Below, in pieces: positions 1 through 13,699 of a stretch of DNA of 64,000 nt. The position numbers and the translations under genes are program-made. The notes beneath the pieces are model-generated. The model saw only the letters and a program-made list of their open reading frames with translations, had not been told where the DNA came from and ran no database searches. Origin of the DNA: Octopus sinensis (lineage: Eukaryota); NCBI RefSeq assembly GCF_006345805.1, contig NC_042998.1, positions 35,154,001 through 35,218,000 on the forward strand. The letters are read 5' to 3'. Position 1 is the first letter of the stretch. The number at the start of each line of letters is the position of its first letter.

Positions 1-1790
1 GTAGCCTGTATACTAAGTTTATCTATGTACTCATTTCAATGTATATTTTTCATTTTATTTTATGTTATTTATCTATCTATCTATTCATTTATGTATATGT
101 GGATATATACATATTAGCAGTACTATATATTAGGTTTACCTTTGTATTTATCTTAATTTGTATTCTATGGTATTTATCTATTTATTTATTTATTTATTTA
201 TATGTAGATATATACATACATATCCATTATTTATTATAATAATATATATATATATATACAAACTTTTACTTATATTTTCATTTTAATTTTAATTATTTCA
301 TCTTATTTTATTTTATTACATTTTAATTTTAAGTAATTACAATTATTAACTTATAATTAATTTAATTTATTGTTATTTACTTATATACTATTTATTGGTA
401 AGTCCTGTTAATTGCTTTATAGGTATTTATATGTCCACTGATATTATTTAATGCTAAATCCTGTTAATTATTATATATGTATTTATGTGTCCACTGATAC
501 TTAAAATATATATATATATAAGTACTACGAATGTTTACACGCACATTATATGTGAAAATATATGGTGTGTATGTATAGGTTTGTTGTTACACATGAGTAT
601 ACATATGGACATGTAGATGTGAGTGTAATCCTATTAGTTCGTTGGTGAGGGTTTAAATAGGAAAATATTAGTATTGTAATAATACTAGATTTCTTACGTA
701 GGGATGCTATCTGTATAAGCTATAAGGAGTTATTTTGATTATATATCTTAGAATATTAGCGTATTTTGACTTTTTACAATTAATTTCTTATAATTTAATT
801 ATTATAAACCGATGTTAACTTAGTATATATATATTTTTATGTCTTTTGATAGACAAACAGAAACGGGTATTCTATACTTTATAATTTAGCGAATGTTTGA
901 ATAAAACATAGCGGTAAAGTTGCGGACATTTTTAGTTATAAAATATTGTTTACGAAAAATACGGTGTCATATGAATTATGTACCTTATGACAAATTACAC
1001 TCTCTATCTGGATATAATTATATGTATGTTTGCATTTACTGATTTATTGACATATGTGAGTGGATCTATTTGTAAATACTTAGTTAATACCACGGCCATG
1101 GTGTCGTCCGGGGTGTCTGGATGTCTGAATGCATGTATGTGCAATCGGTTGAGTTCCTCTGTTTTGCATGTGTATAGTTGCGATACTACCTCTTATATTA
1201 TTTATTTATTTATTTATGATTTGGTTGTGTATGTGGGTATGTCTGTGTGTATGTGTGTGTGTGTGTGTGTATACATATAACTATGTATGTATGTGCGCAC
1301 GATTTGTGGATGTGCGTGCGCGTGTGTATGTTTCCTAGCTAACTAACCGTAAAATTTCCATTGTAATTCAAATTTAAAACTATAAACCAAGCGAATCCAT
1401 CTATGAAAATCAATACCATGCGGGCAGAGGAATTCGACTGATTGAGTATATATGTGGATGTCCGCTTGCATTGGATGGTACAGTAGTGGTTGTTATTATT
1501 ATTATTAATATTAATATTAATTTTATTGACTTTTTGTGTAATGACACATTTTAATAGATTGGACTGTTCAATATATATGCCTGCTTTAAATGTGAGTGTA
1601 CATGTTGTGGTTCCTTGATGTTAGTTATAGAACTGTGAGTTCAATATGGAACATTATTGTGTTTGTTAATGTATATTGATCTATATTGTTTATATTGTAT
1701 TATTGTGTATATATATATATGTAAGAATATGAGTGTGTATGCACACATATTTATATTTATATGTAAATTTTATTTCATACTTGCATTAAA

Positions 1791-1901
1791 TTCTCTGAAG
1801 AGGCCGTGAGCCATTCTTGTTAATGTCTCATTTATACCTGCTTTATATGGCTAATAGGTTAAATGGGACATACCTGTCTTCACGGCCGAAACAGCTGTCA
1901 G
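1791..1901 (+). ncRNA. Hammerhead ribozyme-like motif (type I, long stem II), probable 3' end of a Penelope-like element
   Basis: CTGAAGA (1795-1801), GGCCGTGA...TCACGGCC 8-bp stem II, GAAAC-AGCT-GTC with palindromic stem III. Stem I is only 2 bp. Followed about 130 nt later by (TA)n. Confidence 0.6.
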
Positions 1902-2027
1902 CTACAATGTAAATATATTTCTATGTCTTGTTATATTTGTACTATATTAATGTATAATATCATTGCTATTGTGTAATGGTTTAATAAAGTATTGATTGGG
2001 TATTTTCTGATGGTTGATGATTGATTT

Positions 2028-2083
<56 letters not shown>

Positions 2084-2910
2084 GTCTTGTCCACGGTGAT
2101 CCTTTGATCTTACCCAAAATGTTTCCCGCGCTGGAAACTTCCTTCACTGCCATTTTATGTATATCTAATTCTTGATGGAATCCTTTGGGCCTGGAGAATC
2201 GGTTCGCTCGCAGCTTTGGGGGGACTCTTTTGTTTTTAACGTTCTTCGATGTCAGATATTACTTTTTATTCGCATATTTCAGTTATATTTCTCTATTCTG
2301 TCTTCTATATCTTTTAAATATTGATTTCATAAAAGTTAAGACATCTCTTTTTAACCATTTTCCTCCGTATGTTTCATTTTCATGTTGTTTTCTTGGGTTT
2401 TCAAATTTCTATACGGCTAGCTTATGTGAGCGTGCCAAATTTTATTTGTAACTATTGTGTATTCTCTATACAGTATTTCGTTAACCCTGGTGATATTGAT
2501 TTTTGTGTCTGTTTTCATTTAATTTTTCAATGACTAGGCTAGCATTTTTTTTAACTATACAAGCTATTTCTTCATTAACTCTCATCCCTAGATGTTTGAG
2601 ATATTTTAATTGGTCTCTAAGATCTCATATCGATTTCAATTATTTTAAAACTTTTCTCACCGTATTGATGATTTTCATCAAAAGAATTTTCTATTCTACC
2701 ATTTTTCTCACCTTTTCTTTTATTTCTATTCTTGTTTAAGTTATTCAAGTTCAGTTTTGTTGATTGATCGTCTGCTTGTCATGTTGGGTTTGGTTATGTG
2801 GTTTTGAAAATATTAGATCTCTGATCCTGACTTAAGTTCTCGATGATTTTTTTTTATTATTCTCGTTCTATGTTTTTGTTATGATTTTGAATATCTTCAG
2901 TATTGGTAAA

Positions 2911-3111
2911 GCAGAATCGTTACCGTGTCGGGCGAAATGCTTAGCGACATTGCATTCATCTTTATGTTCTAAGTTCAAATTCCACCGAGATCCCCTTTGC
3001 CTTTCATCCTTCTTTCAGGGTCGATAACATAAGTACCAGCTGAAGACTGGGGTCGATGTAATTGACTTACTCTCTCCCCCAAACATTCTGGTCTTGTGCT
3101 GAAATTTGAAA
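2911..3111 (+). mobile_element. tRNA-derived SINE family B, degenerate
   Basis: Matches the GGGCGAAATGCTTAG...GTTCAAATTCC...CCTTTCATCCT...GGTCGAT..AAGTACCAG pattern repeated at 37591 and 59937. Confidence 0.75.
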
Positions 3112-4380
3112 CTAATATTTTAAGCATTGATACATTTTCGGATATGAAAGCATTTCTTCTTAAATTAGCAAGTCCTTTGGAATCCATAATTATTTTCTCT
3201 TTATATTTAATATAAAAAAATATAATTTCTTTTTCGTGAGAATGTAATTGTAAACTACGCATGCTTATAAATATGCATACTCAACAGCTATAAAATATGA
3301 AAGTATGCAGCATACAAATATATTTCTCTCGTTTTCAATTATACTTTCTATGGTTTATTTGCAAAATATGAAGACTAAAGTCTGGATCTTTACTTACCCT
3401 TTCAACATCTTCATCGAACACCGTTTATTTTGTTTATTTGTTTTAATCTTATATTCCTTTTGCAATGCTGGGGGTTTTCCGTTTCATTTTTCATACATAT
3501 TTCCATTAAGCTGAAAGAATGCATTTCTCTCTAATCCTTTACCTAAATTTACGAGTTTTCTTTGCCTTGTTTATCATTTTTACTAAAGTTTTAGAGATGG
3601 ATTAAATTGGTGTGTTGTTAATATGACTCGCTTTCCGTTAGTTTCTTTGCACGTGACGGTTGATTGTATTTTTATCTCTAAAACTTTATTATGATAAGAG
3701 CCGGACAAATTACGTACACAGTTATCCTCCAACATTTTCGTTTTCGCTTCGTTTCCTGTTTGATACGCGGGTATTCAATTGACATTAGTAGATACTTTTC
3801 GTAATAGTCAAATAATGTTCTATTATGTAAAACATCATTTGGTAAATTACAAGGGCGAACGTTTGTCACACGAGTTCACTCGACATGCGTGCAGAGTGAG
3901 GAAATCGTTCTCCACCCGTATCGATCATTATTCCAATCATGATGAAACTTTGCGAAGCTGCTCACATATATTCGATGAAGCAACAATCGACCGAGTCCAT
4001 CGTCAGGATTATCTCATCGCCTTTCTTTGGTAGGAAAGGGTAGGGTAAGTTTTTTTCATATTTCTGGTGGTTATGACAAAAGATGGCGTATGGGTGGACA
4101 TGGCCGAAAGAACTGATAATAAACACTTTTCTCCCTGACCTGATCAGATTTCTCAAGTTTCATTTGGAGAAGATGAATGTGTAGAGAACGAGTCTCCTTC
4201 AAGGAGATTTGGTGAAACCCTGATGAAAGTGGTAAACATGGTTCGAGTTAAATACCTTTAGAAGGGAAAATATAGTAAATGAAAGCACTTACTTTTGGTA
4301 GTCGGAGCTATCTTCGATATATATATGGGGTTTTCTGATTGGCTTTTTGCAGCAATCTTCCTGTTAGAATATTAGTTTCA

Positions 4381-4521
4381 AACTTCAGCAATTTCGGGGA
4401 AAGGGAGTAAGTCAATTACATCGACCCCAGTGTTCAGCTGGTACATATTTTATCGATCCCGAAAGGATGAAAGGCAAAATTGGCCTCGGCGGAATTTGAA
4501 CTCAGAACGTAAAGACGAAAT
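4381..4521 (-). mobile_element. SINE family B fragment
   Basis: Reverse complement of the family B core (GGATGAAAGGCAAA...GGAATTTGAACTCAGAACGTAA). Confidence 0.8.
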
Positions 4522-4751
4522 CTCCTATTAGAGTATTTATATATTTTGTATACTGCGTTTATCATCACTTTGCATTTCATCTTATATATGATAACAGAAA
4601 ATAATTAATTTTCAATTTTGCAAATTCATAGATATTCAACTTATATTTAATTACTGGTTTGGTCTTAACACTTAAAAATTGTTATTGGCTTTAGAGACAT
4701 CGGTTTCAAATTTGAACACAAGCATTAAGTTCACTCACAGAAAAGTGGTCC

Positions 4752-4809
4752 TGCAAATCTACTCTAGAAGACTCTTCAGATTTCTGAAGAGTCTACTAGA
4801 GCAGATGCA
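4752..4809. repeat. Near-perfect palindrome/hairpin
   Basis: CTCTAGAAGACTCTTCAGA-TT-TCTGAAGAGTCTACTAGAG: 19-bp arms with 1 mismatch, plus imperfect outer pairing. Confidence 0.85.
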
Positions 4810-4903
4810 AGCGCTGATATATGATTTATAAAAACATGTGACATATTAATAAAAATCTGTAAATATAAAACCATCCAGATTTCTGAGTACCTTATTTCTT
4901 CTA

Positions 4904-4956
<53 letters not shown>

Positions 4957-4977
4957 TGTGTGTGTGTGCATATATTC

Positions 4978-5082
4978 ATGCTACGGGCTTCTTTCTGTTT
5001 CCGTGTACCAAATCCACTCACAAGGCATAGCCTAAGGTGTCACGCAGTGAGGCTGAACCCGGAACCATATGATTGGGAAGCG
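4978..5082 (-). mobile_element. SINE family A head fragment
   Basis: Same as the head segment at 30130-30290 (CCAAATCCACTCACAAGGC...GCTGAACCCGGAACCA). Confidence 0.75.
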
Positions 5083-6401
5083 AGATTAATATGAGGAAAT
5101 CAAAAATTAAAAGTCAGGAAACCAAAGTTCCAAGCGTGGAGCAAAATGTTTATGATTTTGTAGAGTTTCTGGTTCTTGTTTCGGTCTCTACACGCCTGGC
5201 AAACTTAATAATTGAATTGTACCTTACTCATTTCTTCTGCACCACTGCAAACAATATATAGGGAGTGATATGATAAAAATAATCTTAAAGGGGGTATATA
5301 ATAACACATAAACACATAAATATGTTTGATAAGAGTTGACAGAGTATTGGGCATCATTTCGCGGGTAAATGTAGCGTTACAGCAAGAATTATTAGAGGGT
5401 TGGGGTCTATTGAACAATAAGAAGTTCCGGTTATAACACTTAAGTGAGTCCCTACTGAAAGGGGAGTAACGCCGTATGACTGAAGAGAATTTGATTGACT
5501 AGTTTACTGAGCTGATTTACCATCATTAATGCCACTTGGAATTTCATGCACAGTACCGAGGATAATTCAGATTGACCTATGAGCACCACATAACGAAGTC
5601 TTTGATATTCCACAATTGCGAAGAGTTCCGGTGATTCCATAATGAATTTACAAAGCTATGATTAGAATTATATCTAAATATTTCATTTTCTAAATCAACC
5701 GATAATTCTCACAATATAAGAATAAAACCATCGTTTCGACCGTTGTTAATTTGATCAGCGCGTAGATTATGTTCTCTCTACTGAAACAATGGAATTTCAT
5801 GAATGGAGAATAAGATCATTTCCATCGAAGCACTTCAATAAACATCTGAAATGATATCTCGAGCAAACAATCATTAACACAGCCATCTGACAGAAATTAG
5901 CTTCTGGCTCAGGAAAATGGCTTCTGACTCAGAAAATACAAACAAAGACATCCAGGATAATCACGCGAATCTTCCTAGTTTATGCTGTGTTCCTCTAGCG
6001 TAACTCCATAGTTCTCTGGGACTGATGGCTGTATAATATGATAATTATCCGTTTGTTTCCTCTTCTATGTATATATGAATAGAAAGCTCTCTTTACGTCA
6101 GTATTTTAAAATAAACTTGTCAAACAGCCAATATCCAGTCCTACCACCATGAACAATGTTCTAACTACTACTGGAATCGAATTTCTATCTCACATCTCCG
6201 AGTGTAATAAAATAATTGGTATTCTAAATGATTATACACCCTATGAAATTCTAGGTTTGTGTCTATTTTATTGTTGGATAAATTTATTAACTTTGAAAGG
6301 ATACTGTTTAACAAACGTATTGCTGAGAGTTGAAAGCAGTCTTCAGCAAGAGAGAATAAGTATGCGGCGTTGAAATGGTCAACTTCAGATGTGTGTGTGT
6401 T

Positions 6402-6455
<54 letters not shown>

Positions 6456-8185
6456 GTGTGTGTGTGTGTGTGTGTCTGCTAAAAATTTGCAAAAGATCGA
6501 ACGTTAGTTCCAAGCGGTGAAGCGTTCTCAACATCTAATTATGATGAGCGGGAATGAGTGAGATTCTTTCTCATTGGCTGATTTAAATGACGTAGTTTGA
6601 CTGGTGTCGTACCATGTACTGACTGTTCCTCTCTGCTGCTACGAGATGGAAACAAATTTAGCACAAGAGATAGAAGTATTTTCCTTTGCTTTGATTAGAA
6701 ATTCAGTGACGTTAAAAATGCTAGTTATGTTATCATAAATGGTTTCTTCAGATATCTGTATAATTTAAGCTCTAGAGAGTTACATTTTTCCGAGGACCTG
6801 TCAAGTCCTTATTTTCTTGACTATGCTTCACCAAAGACAGCCAGTAAGACTACACCATTTTCGGAATAGTCGACAGTGCTTTCATAGATCTGTGCTATTT
6901 TCCTTTTTGCATATCTCCCGTAATATTAAATCTTTTGTTGATTGATATATCGGAACGTCTCTCTCTTGTTCTACTGAAGATGAATTTTCTTTAATGATAA
7001 TGAATTTTTTTCTTGCTAATTTTGTTATTTAAATTAAGGAAATATTATTTTCGGCTCACCATCACAACGCAATATATATTTCATGCAAAATGTTTTGGAA
7101 GAAATTTTTTAATGTCTATATTTTAATTTCCTTTGTCAATAAATACTTTTTATACAAAACGCTACTCCTGTTTGTCGTTCTGAGAATTTGGTAGCCATTA
7201 AATGGATTATGCGATTACAGGAGTTGATCATATATTTACGTTGATTGAAGCACACAGAGATAATCCAAACAAAGCACGCAAATACCACCCAGATATAGAC
7301 GCACATAGAAATACTTTTAGAAATAGATAGAGAAAACCGAAAACTACATATACAAAAATTAGATATGGCCGTCAGACCATAAAACTATTCAATAAACACC
7401 GCTCAAACACAAAAATTATATTCATAGCGAGGGACTAACGAACTGTGAAAACTTGTGTACAATTTAGCAAACTGGGCATCTTCATATGTATAAAAATATC
7501 TGATCTTTCAAAAATGATAAAAACAGAGTTCAACCAATGAACCATTAAAAATCTTTATTTTCCAATGTCAACATTTTAGCCAACAGGATATACGGTCTTC
7601 AGAGTTTCAAAACACGAGTAAATGTGATGAAGAGAAAATTTGCCATGAATAACAAGTTTCTTTAACAAATAAGAGTATATATCAACTTGTGTATGCATAT
7701 GTATACATGTATGTATATTTGTATATATACCTATATATGTGTGAATGTTAATATATGTGTACATACCGACGAAAAGAACAAATCATGATATAAGCAAACA
7801 ATATCACACGCAAAAACCTGAATACATGCTCCTAAATGAACAAAACGAAACAAGATATTAAAAAACAAAGAAACAAAAAACCACAATACACATCAAAACA
7901 AATGCGTAGCACCTAACAATCGAAATGAAAGACAGAAATATATGGCTGTTCAACGCTGGATATAAAACGAAATTATAGTTATTGACGGATGCTGTGGCAC
8001 GAAACTTGAGTCACAAAAAAGTGTAATTCAAGCAAAAAAAAGACATTCCTTGTTAGATATATTAAGTACTAATTCCTATTTTTTACACAAGAAAGTAACC
8101 TCTGAATATGTGCGTGTATGTATGTGAGTGTGTGGGGGTGTTTGTGTGTGTGTGTGTGTGTGTGTAGATCGGTAGGTATTATGTA

Positions 8186-8415
8186 CAGGGTTGGCCAAAA
8201 GTCACCAGACAGTAAATCAAAACCATTTCATTTGAGATTCATTTATGTTTAACAACTGAATGAATTTAATAAAAGCATCGAAATATGAAACAATACGAAA
8301 ATTTTTCAAACTGAAGTCCTTTTGAGACACCGTTTTTCCACTTGAGTCAATACAGAATTACAGATAGTATTTAAGGAATTCTGATTTAGTGTCAGGTGAC
8401 TCTTGGTCAACCCTG
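8186..8415. mobile_element. Tc1/mariner-superfamily MITE (230 bp)
   Basis: TIRs CAGGGTTGGCCAAAAGTCACC / GGTGACTCTTGGTCAACCCTG flanked by TA on both sides. Confidence 0.85.
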
Positions 8416-9472
8416 TATGTATGTATGCATGCATAAATACAAGTTTATTACCAGTTCAAATACATTTGAGGCATATTCGAACCCGTAAGAAAGCCATTCA
8501 CTATATTTGGTCATTGTGAAAATTTCTCACTGTAGACAATTAGGTGTAAATGCACCGAGTCAGCTCAGAACATTCCCTAACCATATTGCTGTTGGATACA
8601 TGCATTTGAGAGTGGTTATCTCCTTTTTAGCCCCAGAGACCGGAAAGACAGATCCCTATGTATACATACATGTCACCCAGTAGTTTATATGTATACGTGT
8701 TGTAAACAAAAGCATATTATGCGATACATGTCATTGTTGACGTTTGTATTTAGTCATGTCTAAACATTAGTCTTTAATACTAACTTTTGTTATGCTTTAG
8801 GCATATTTGAAGCCGTAAGAAATGGCACAACCAGTCACTGAACGATCGCGGGGACATCATAATAGGAAAATGTCCCTTGTGTTAGTTCGCAACGTCTGCC
8901 TTTCTAGTATCTGTTGCTGAGGAAGGGATAACCACTCCGAAATGCACGCATCCCAGTCTGATTAGAGGACGCTGTGTGCTGACTCAGTGTATTTAAACTT
9001 ATTTGACTGCAGCAGTAAATTGTCTCCATGGCAAAATAGAGAAAATGGCCTTTTTTTACAGTTTCAAATATGCCTCAACCATATTTGAACCGGTTACAAG
9101 TTTATATTTATACAAAGCCATATTTAAGAATTTGACTTGTATACTTTCAGTGGCAAAATATAGAAACTAAATTGAGAGGAAAATAAAATATAATCACGCT
9201 TATTGGTGTACAACAGAATAGGTTCGAAACCCGAAACTTATGGCTGCGGTGTGAAATTGTTAATCATATTGGCATACAAGTAATTGATGACAATAACCTG
9301 TTTTCATTTTGCCTAACCAAAAATAATTTCGATGAATAACCAAAACAAACTTATTGAGAATTAATTGAAAGAGCTGACTTCGCATTTTTCTCTAAGCTAT
9401 ATAATTATTTGACAGTTGCACATACAAATTCTTTCGCGCACACACACACACACATATATATACATATATATA

Positions 9473-9508
<36 letters not shown>

Positions 9509-9586
9509 TGTGTATGTATGTACGTGTATTTATATATATATACATGTATATATATGTATATACGTGTATATATATGTATATACGTG

Positions 9587-9620
<34 letters not shown>

Positions 9621-10704
9621 CGTATATACGAGTATATATATATATATACATATATAAATATACATATATATACACATATATATACATATGTGTGTGTATG
9701 TGTGTGTATGTATGTATTCTGAGAGATAAATTAGCAAACTCACAGAGTTATGTTGTAACATTCTGTATAGTAAAATATATAAACAACCTTTCTGGGGTTT
9801 TTTTTTGGGGGGGGGGCGTATAATAATGATTCTTTACCGAATATACGTAAATATAGCTCGAAAGTTTTCTATAGTATAAATAATTAAACACTGAGAAAGT
9901 TTTAAATTGAATGCCTGCCGTCCTATGCAATTAGGTTTGAATCGTATCATATTTAGTGAATCGTATTCTATATCTCACAGGCGAATTTTCGACTTACAAG
10001 TTTTTTAAAGAAATTACGGAACTGATTCTAGGTTTTTCGTAAAGAATAAAAGATAGAAATAGTAAAAATTATATAAAAGTGGGCTTGAATACGTTTTCTT
10101 TACTGTTATGTAAAGCAAATCTATTTTAATATAGAAGACATTTGAATTCGCAAGAAATATTAGATTGAATGGCGTTTTTTGTACAAATTAAAGTTTCTAC
10201 TCAATTATTAATAACTGAATAATATGTACGGTATCATATGATATACACGCAATGTCAAAACTCATTTATCAATGTTTTTACATATATAAGATTAATGTTT
10301 CTTTGACTGATTAAAATGAAAAACTTTTCTACGAGTTTCCTACCATAGTTCTTTTCACGAGACAGCTATTTCCTAAAGTCTCTTCGTTCAGACTACTTTC
10401 TTTCGCTGTTAACATATTATCTGTCATTGCCACACTCACTTGCAGTTTCTAGACATGTGACTGTTTCTGATGACGTAAGATCTCCCGTATCGTTCTTTCG
10501 ATAGAAATTACATACAGGCCAATCCAGAGAAAATGTTACAATGATGATTAACTGACCAAATCATCTCACTGGCCAGAGCTCTAATCCAAAGAAAACAATT
10601 TTCAGAAGATTATTATTGATATAAAAGGAGATGAAGAGCAAAAGGTGGATTTAAACGTGTTAAATGCGTAAAGCTTTCTGCTTCAGAAAGCGGAAGTATA
10701 TCGT

Positions 10705-10850
10705 AGTCATTAGTCTGCGGTTATGCTGGAGCAAATTTTAGTCGAACAAATCGACCCCAGCGCTTATTTCTTTTAAGCCTGGTACTTATTCTATCAGTCT
10801 CTTTTGACAATTTGCAAAGTTACGGGAACGTTAACAACACTATGACACCA
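10705..10850 (-). mobile_element. SINE family A 3' half
   Basis: Matches 29900-30060 (GTCGAACAAATCGACCCC...GTACTTATTCTATC). Confidence 0.7.
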
Positions 10851-11184
10851 CTGCATTCTATAGCAGAGACAGTAGTAAGCTAATGAAGTCCATCATTCAA
10901 TCCTTGGCCATTTCATTTTCTTATTATCACTCTATACTCATCTCACACTTCGTTCTGAAGCATACCTATGTTGACTTCCACACCAGGCTATTCGTCTCGG
11001 AATGCCTAAGCGACATATTGAAACTCCCATCCGGAAGAGTTCCAACAACTAACAATCGTTTGACACTGGCGAAATCTTATTCAGTAACTTCACTCAAGAA
11101 CGGATCTCTACCGCCAAGGAAGGCTTACCTCGAAATAATATTACAACGTACCAACGACTTTATTAGAAATATATATATATATAT

Positions 11185-11345
11185 ACGACAGGTTTCTTTC
11201 AGTTTCCGTCTACCAAATCAACTGACAAGGCTTTGGCTGGCCCAAGGCTATAATAGAAGACACTGACCCAAGGTGTCACGCACTGAGACTGAACCTGAAA
11301 CCACATGGTAGAGAAGCAAATTCCGCTCTGCACAGTCACGCCTAC
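11185..11345 (-). mobile_element. SINE family A tRNA head
   Basis: TTTCAGTTTCCGTCTACCAAATC...GACTGAACC.GAAACCACATGG. Confidence 0.75.
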
Positions 11346-11917
11346 CTCGAACAACAAAATAATGTTGGCTATGAAAAGCATAGACGGTGCAAAGATAATT
11401 TTATATCACAGATGGAAAGAGAACACGACTCTTGTGTATTTACCAGAAACGACAAATTTAGTCAAAGGTGTAACGGTAGCTACAGTTAGAAGAAAATTCT
11501 CTACAGAATTCGTTGTATTTCTGTCGACATTTTGTGGGTGTCGTTTATCAAACTCTCGACAAAAGCAAAATTTCCTGCTACACTTTGTAGCAACATTGTT
11601 TTTATTGTCCTACTTGTGGTACAATATTGATCTTCTATTTGGATTCGTTCACTAGTTTCTGTCTATAGATCACTGCTCTGTTCTGCTTCAGGACATTATT
11701 TTGATTGCTTATGTATAATGTATAAATTCCCAAAATTCATAATGAAATGTTTCCACTAAACCTTAATTTTCTTTTCTTTAGTTCTGTTTCATGGAATTTG
11801 TGTATAACTGCTTCAGTAAATTAATCATTTAGAAACAGGACATTCAAGAACAATTGCAGAATAGATATATCAAAAATACAGTATTAGTAAAAAGTCAAAA
11901 CGTGAATAAACTCATGC

Positions 11918-12154
11918 AGTTCTATATTTAAGAGATGAGGAATTATGTACATTATTTACATTTGACGGATATTTGTCCTCATCTTATGTATTGGGGAAAT
12001 TTCGAATCTCGGTTCTCGTTCCTAAGGTATTTTACGATGTTATTATTATTATTAATAATAATAATATTCAGGTCACTGCCTGGAATCGAACTCGAAATCT
12101 TGGGGTTACTACCCCGCGCTCTTAACTATGGGCATATGGCGTCGTGGTTAAGAG
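11918..12154 (-). mobile_element. tRNA-Ser-like headed element (family H), hammerhead-deleted copy
   Basis: Reverse complement aligns with 20144-20376 and 61982-62216 but lacks the segment between TTCCCCAA and AAGATGAGG. Confidence 0.8.
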
Positions 12155-12626
12155 AAATAATATTCTTAAGATTATAAATCTGGTACAGAACAAGAAAACT
12201 TTTACTTAAAATATTGCAACTAAGTATAAAATTTCAAATAAAATATTTAAAATTATATAATATTACCTTTTATTAAAAATAAAAATTGTATTATAAGTTA
12301 TTACTTCTATTTATTACTTCTATTACAAATTTAAAATAACTCAAAATATTTTTTGCATTTTAAAAAGTATTCATTTTTTTAATTATTAGTTAACATTTAG
12401 AAATTTGAAAATATGTTATAAAAATAATAGTAGTACATGATTAGTAAAATAAATAGAATAATACAAAAAGTAGTGATATATTACGGTAAAATCTACCTAT
12501 AGCAACAAATTCACAGTAAAATTTGCTTGAGTTATTGCCTAAGTTATTTCCATACCTCAATGATGCCGGTGACATGTATTAAAAGTCCCCTTATAGAACT
12601 ATATTCATAAAAAAAGTATAGAACTA

Positions 12627-12767
12627 TTAGGTTGTCCCAAAAGTTCGTAAACACTTGCGAAAATTGAATTTTTACTCGCCAAGTACTAACAAAAACGACA
12701 AAAATTATTCCTCAAAATAAAGACCATTATTTTCCAAGACTTTCTACGAACTTTTGGGACAACCTTA
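12627..12767. mobile_element. Mariner-type MITE (about 141 bp)
   Basis: TIRs TTAGGTTGTCCCAAAAGTTCGTA / TACGAACTTTTGGGACAACCTTA with TA flanks. Confidence 0.85.
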
Positions 12768-13699
12768 TATATTGTCACCCTCAAATTTGAGAAACAAACA
12801 CTCATAACTTTTTTCTTTTAAAACTTCATTGCATGAGATTGATACCATGAAATTCATCGAATTGAGTTCTATCATTTAAGCTTAATTAAACCAGTTTTTT
12901 TTTAAATAAGAAAGTTAATTATACTTAAATCCAATTTTTTGCCTTACTTATATTTTTTCATGATATTTTATCTCACAACTTTTTTTCATACAATTTTTTG
13001 TTGCATGGGACCAAAACTATGAAATTCGTCACGCTTTCTTCTATCATAAAAGCTAAGATAAATATATTTTGATTTTAAGATAAAAAGAAATTATTTAGAT
13101 CCGCACTTGATTTGTGGTGTTACTTACTCTCTTATAACATCGCTATAAATTTTAATGTAAACTTTTTTCTACAGGACCAAATCTCAATGTAGCTAGGGAG
13201 CAGTTTTCTATTAAAATATTAATGGTTTCCCATTTGGTTAAGAACTGAATTAGCGGTAAGCTCTGAAAAATACTGCGACACATACATACGTACATACATA
13301 CTACATATATATGTATATGTACACACACACCCACACACATATACATAAAAATAAACCTCAATCAACATTCAAAGTTCCTCTCTGGAATGATGATATCATT
13401 CCACGATAATTATCAAGAGAAAATATAATAAAATTAGAGTTTCAACTATTGCCGCTAAGTATTATATATTTATTATTTAGCATTGACATCCCTGTTTTTC
13501 ACAGAAAATCGATTCATTGAAATTTGTTCCTCAATGCTGATTTAAGTTCTGAAGATGCCCATAAACCTTCAGCGTGTTTTATTAGTTATGTTCATGTAGA
13601 ACTACATCATCTGATGTGATGTATTTTTAAGACGGCAGGATATCATTTAAAAGAGATCTTTAGCTTCTATTTCTAAAACATTGACCTAGACCTTTCGTC

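Noticed and set aside
2080-2860. Possible degenerate retroelement ORF on the minus strand
   Set aside because: Lys/Asn-rich, broken translation with no diagnostic motif.
9397-9823. Many ORFs rich in Y/I/H/T/C/V (also 16690-17067, 27235-27524, 32448-33299, 44843-45449, 59491-59718)
   Set aside because: They are translations of TA/CA/TATG microsatellites, not genes.
10465-10510. CTGATGA ... GAAA
   Set aside because: The flanking sequences do not form stems I, II or III.
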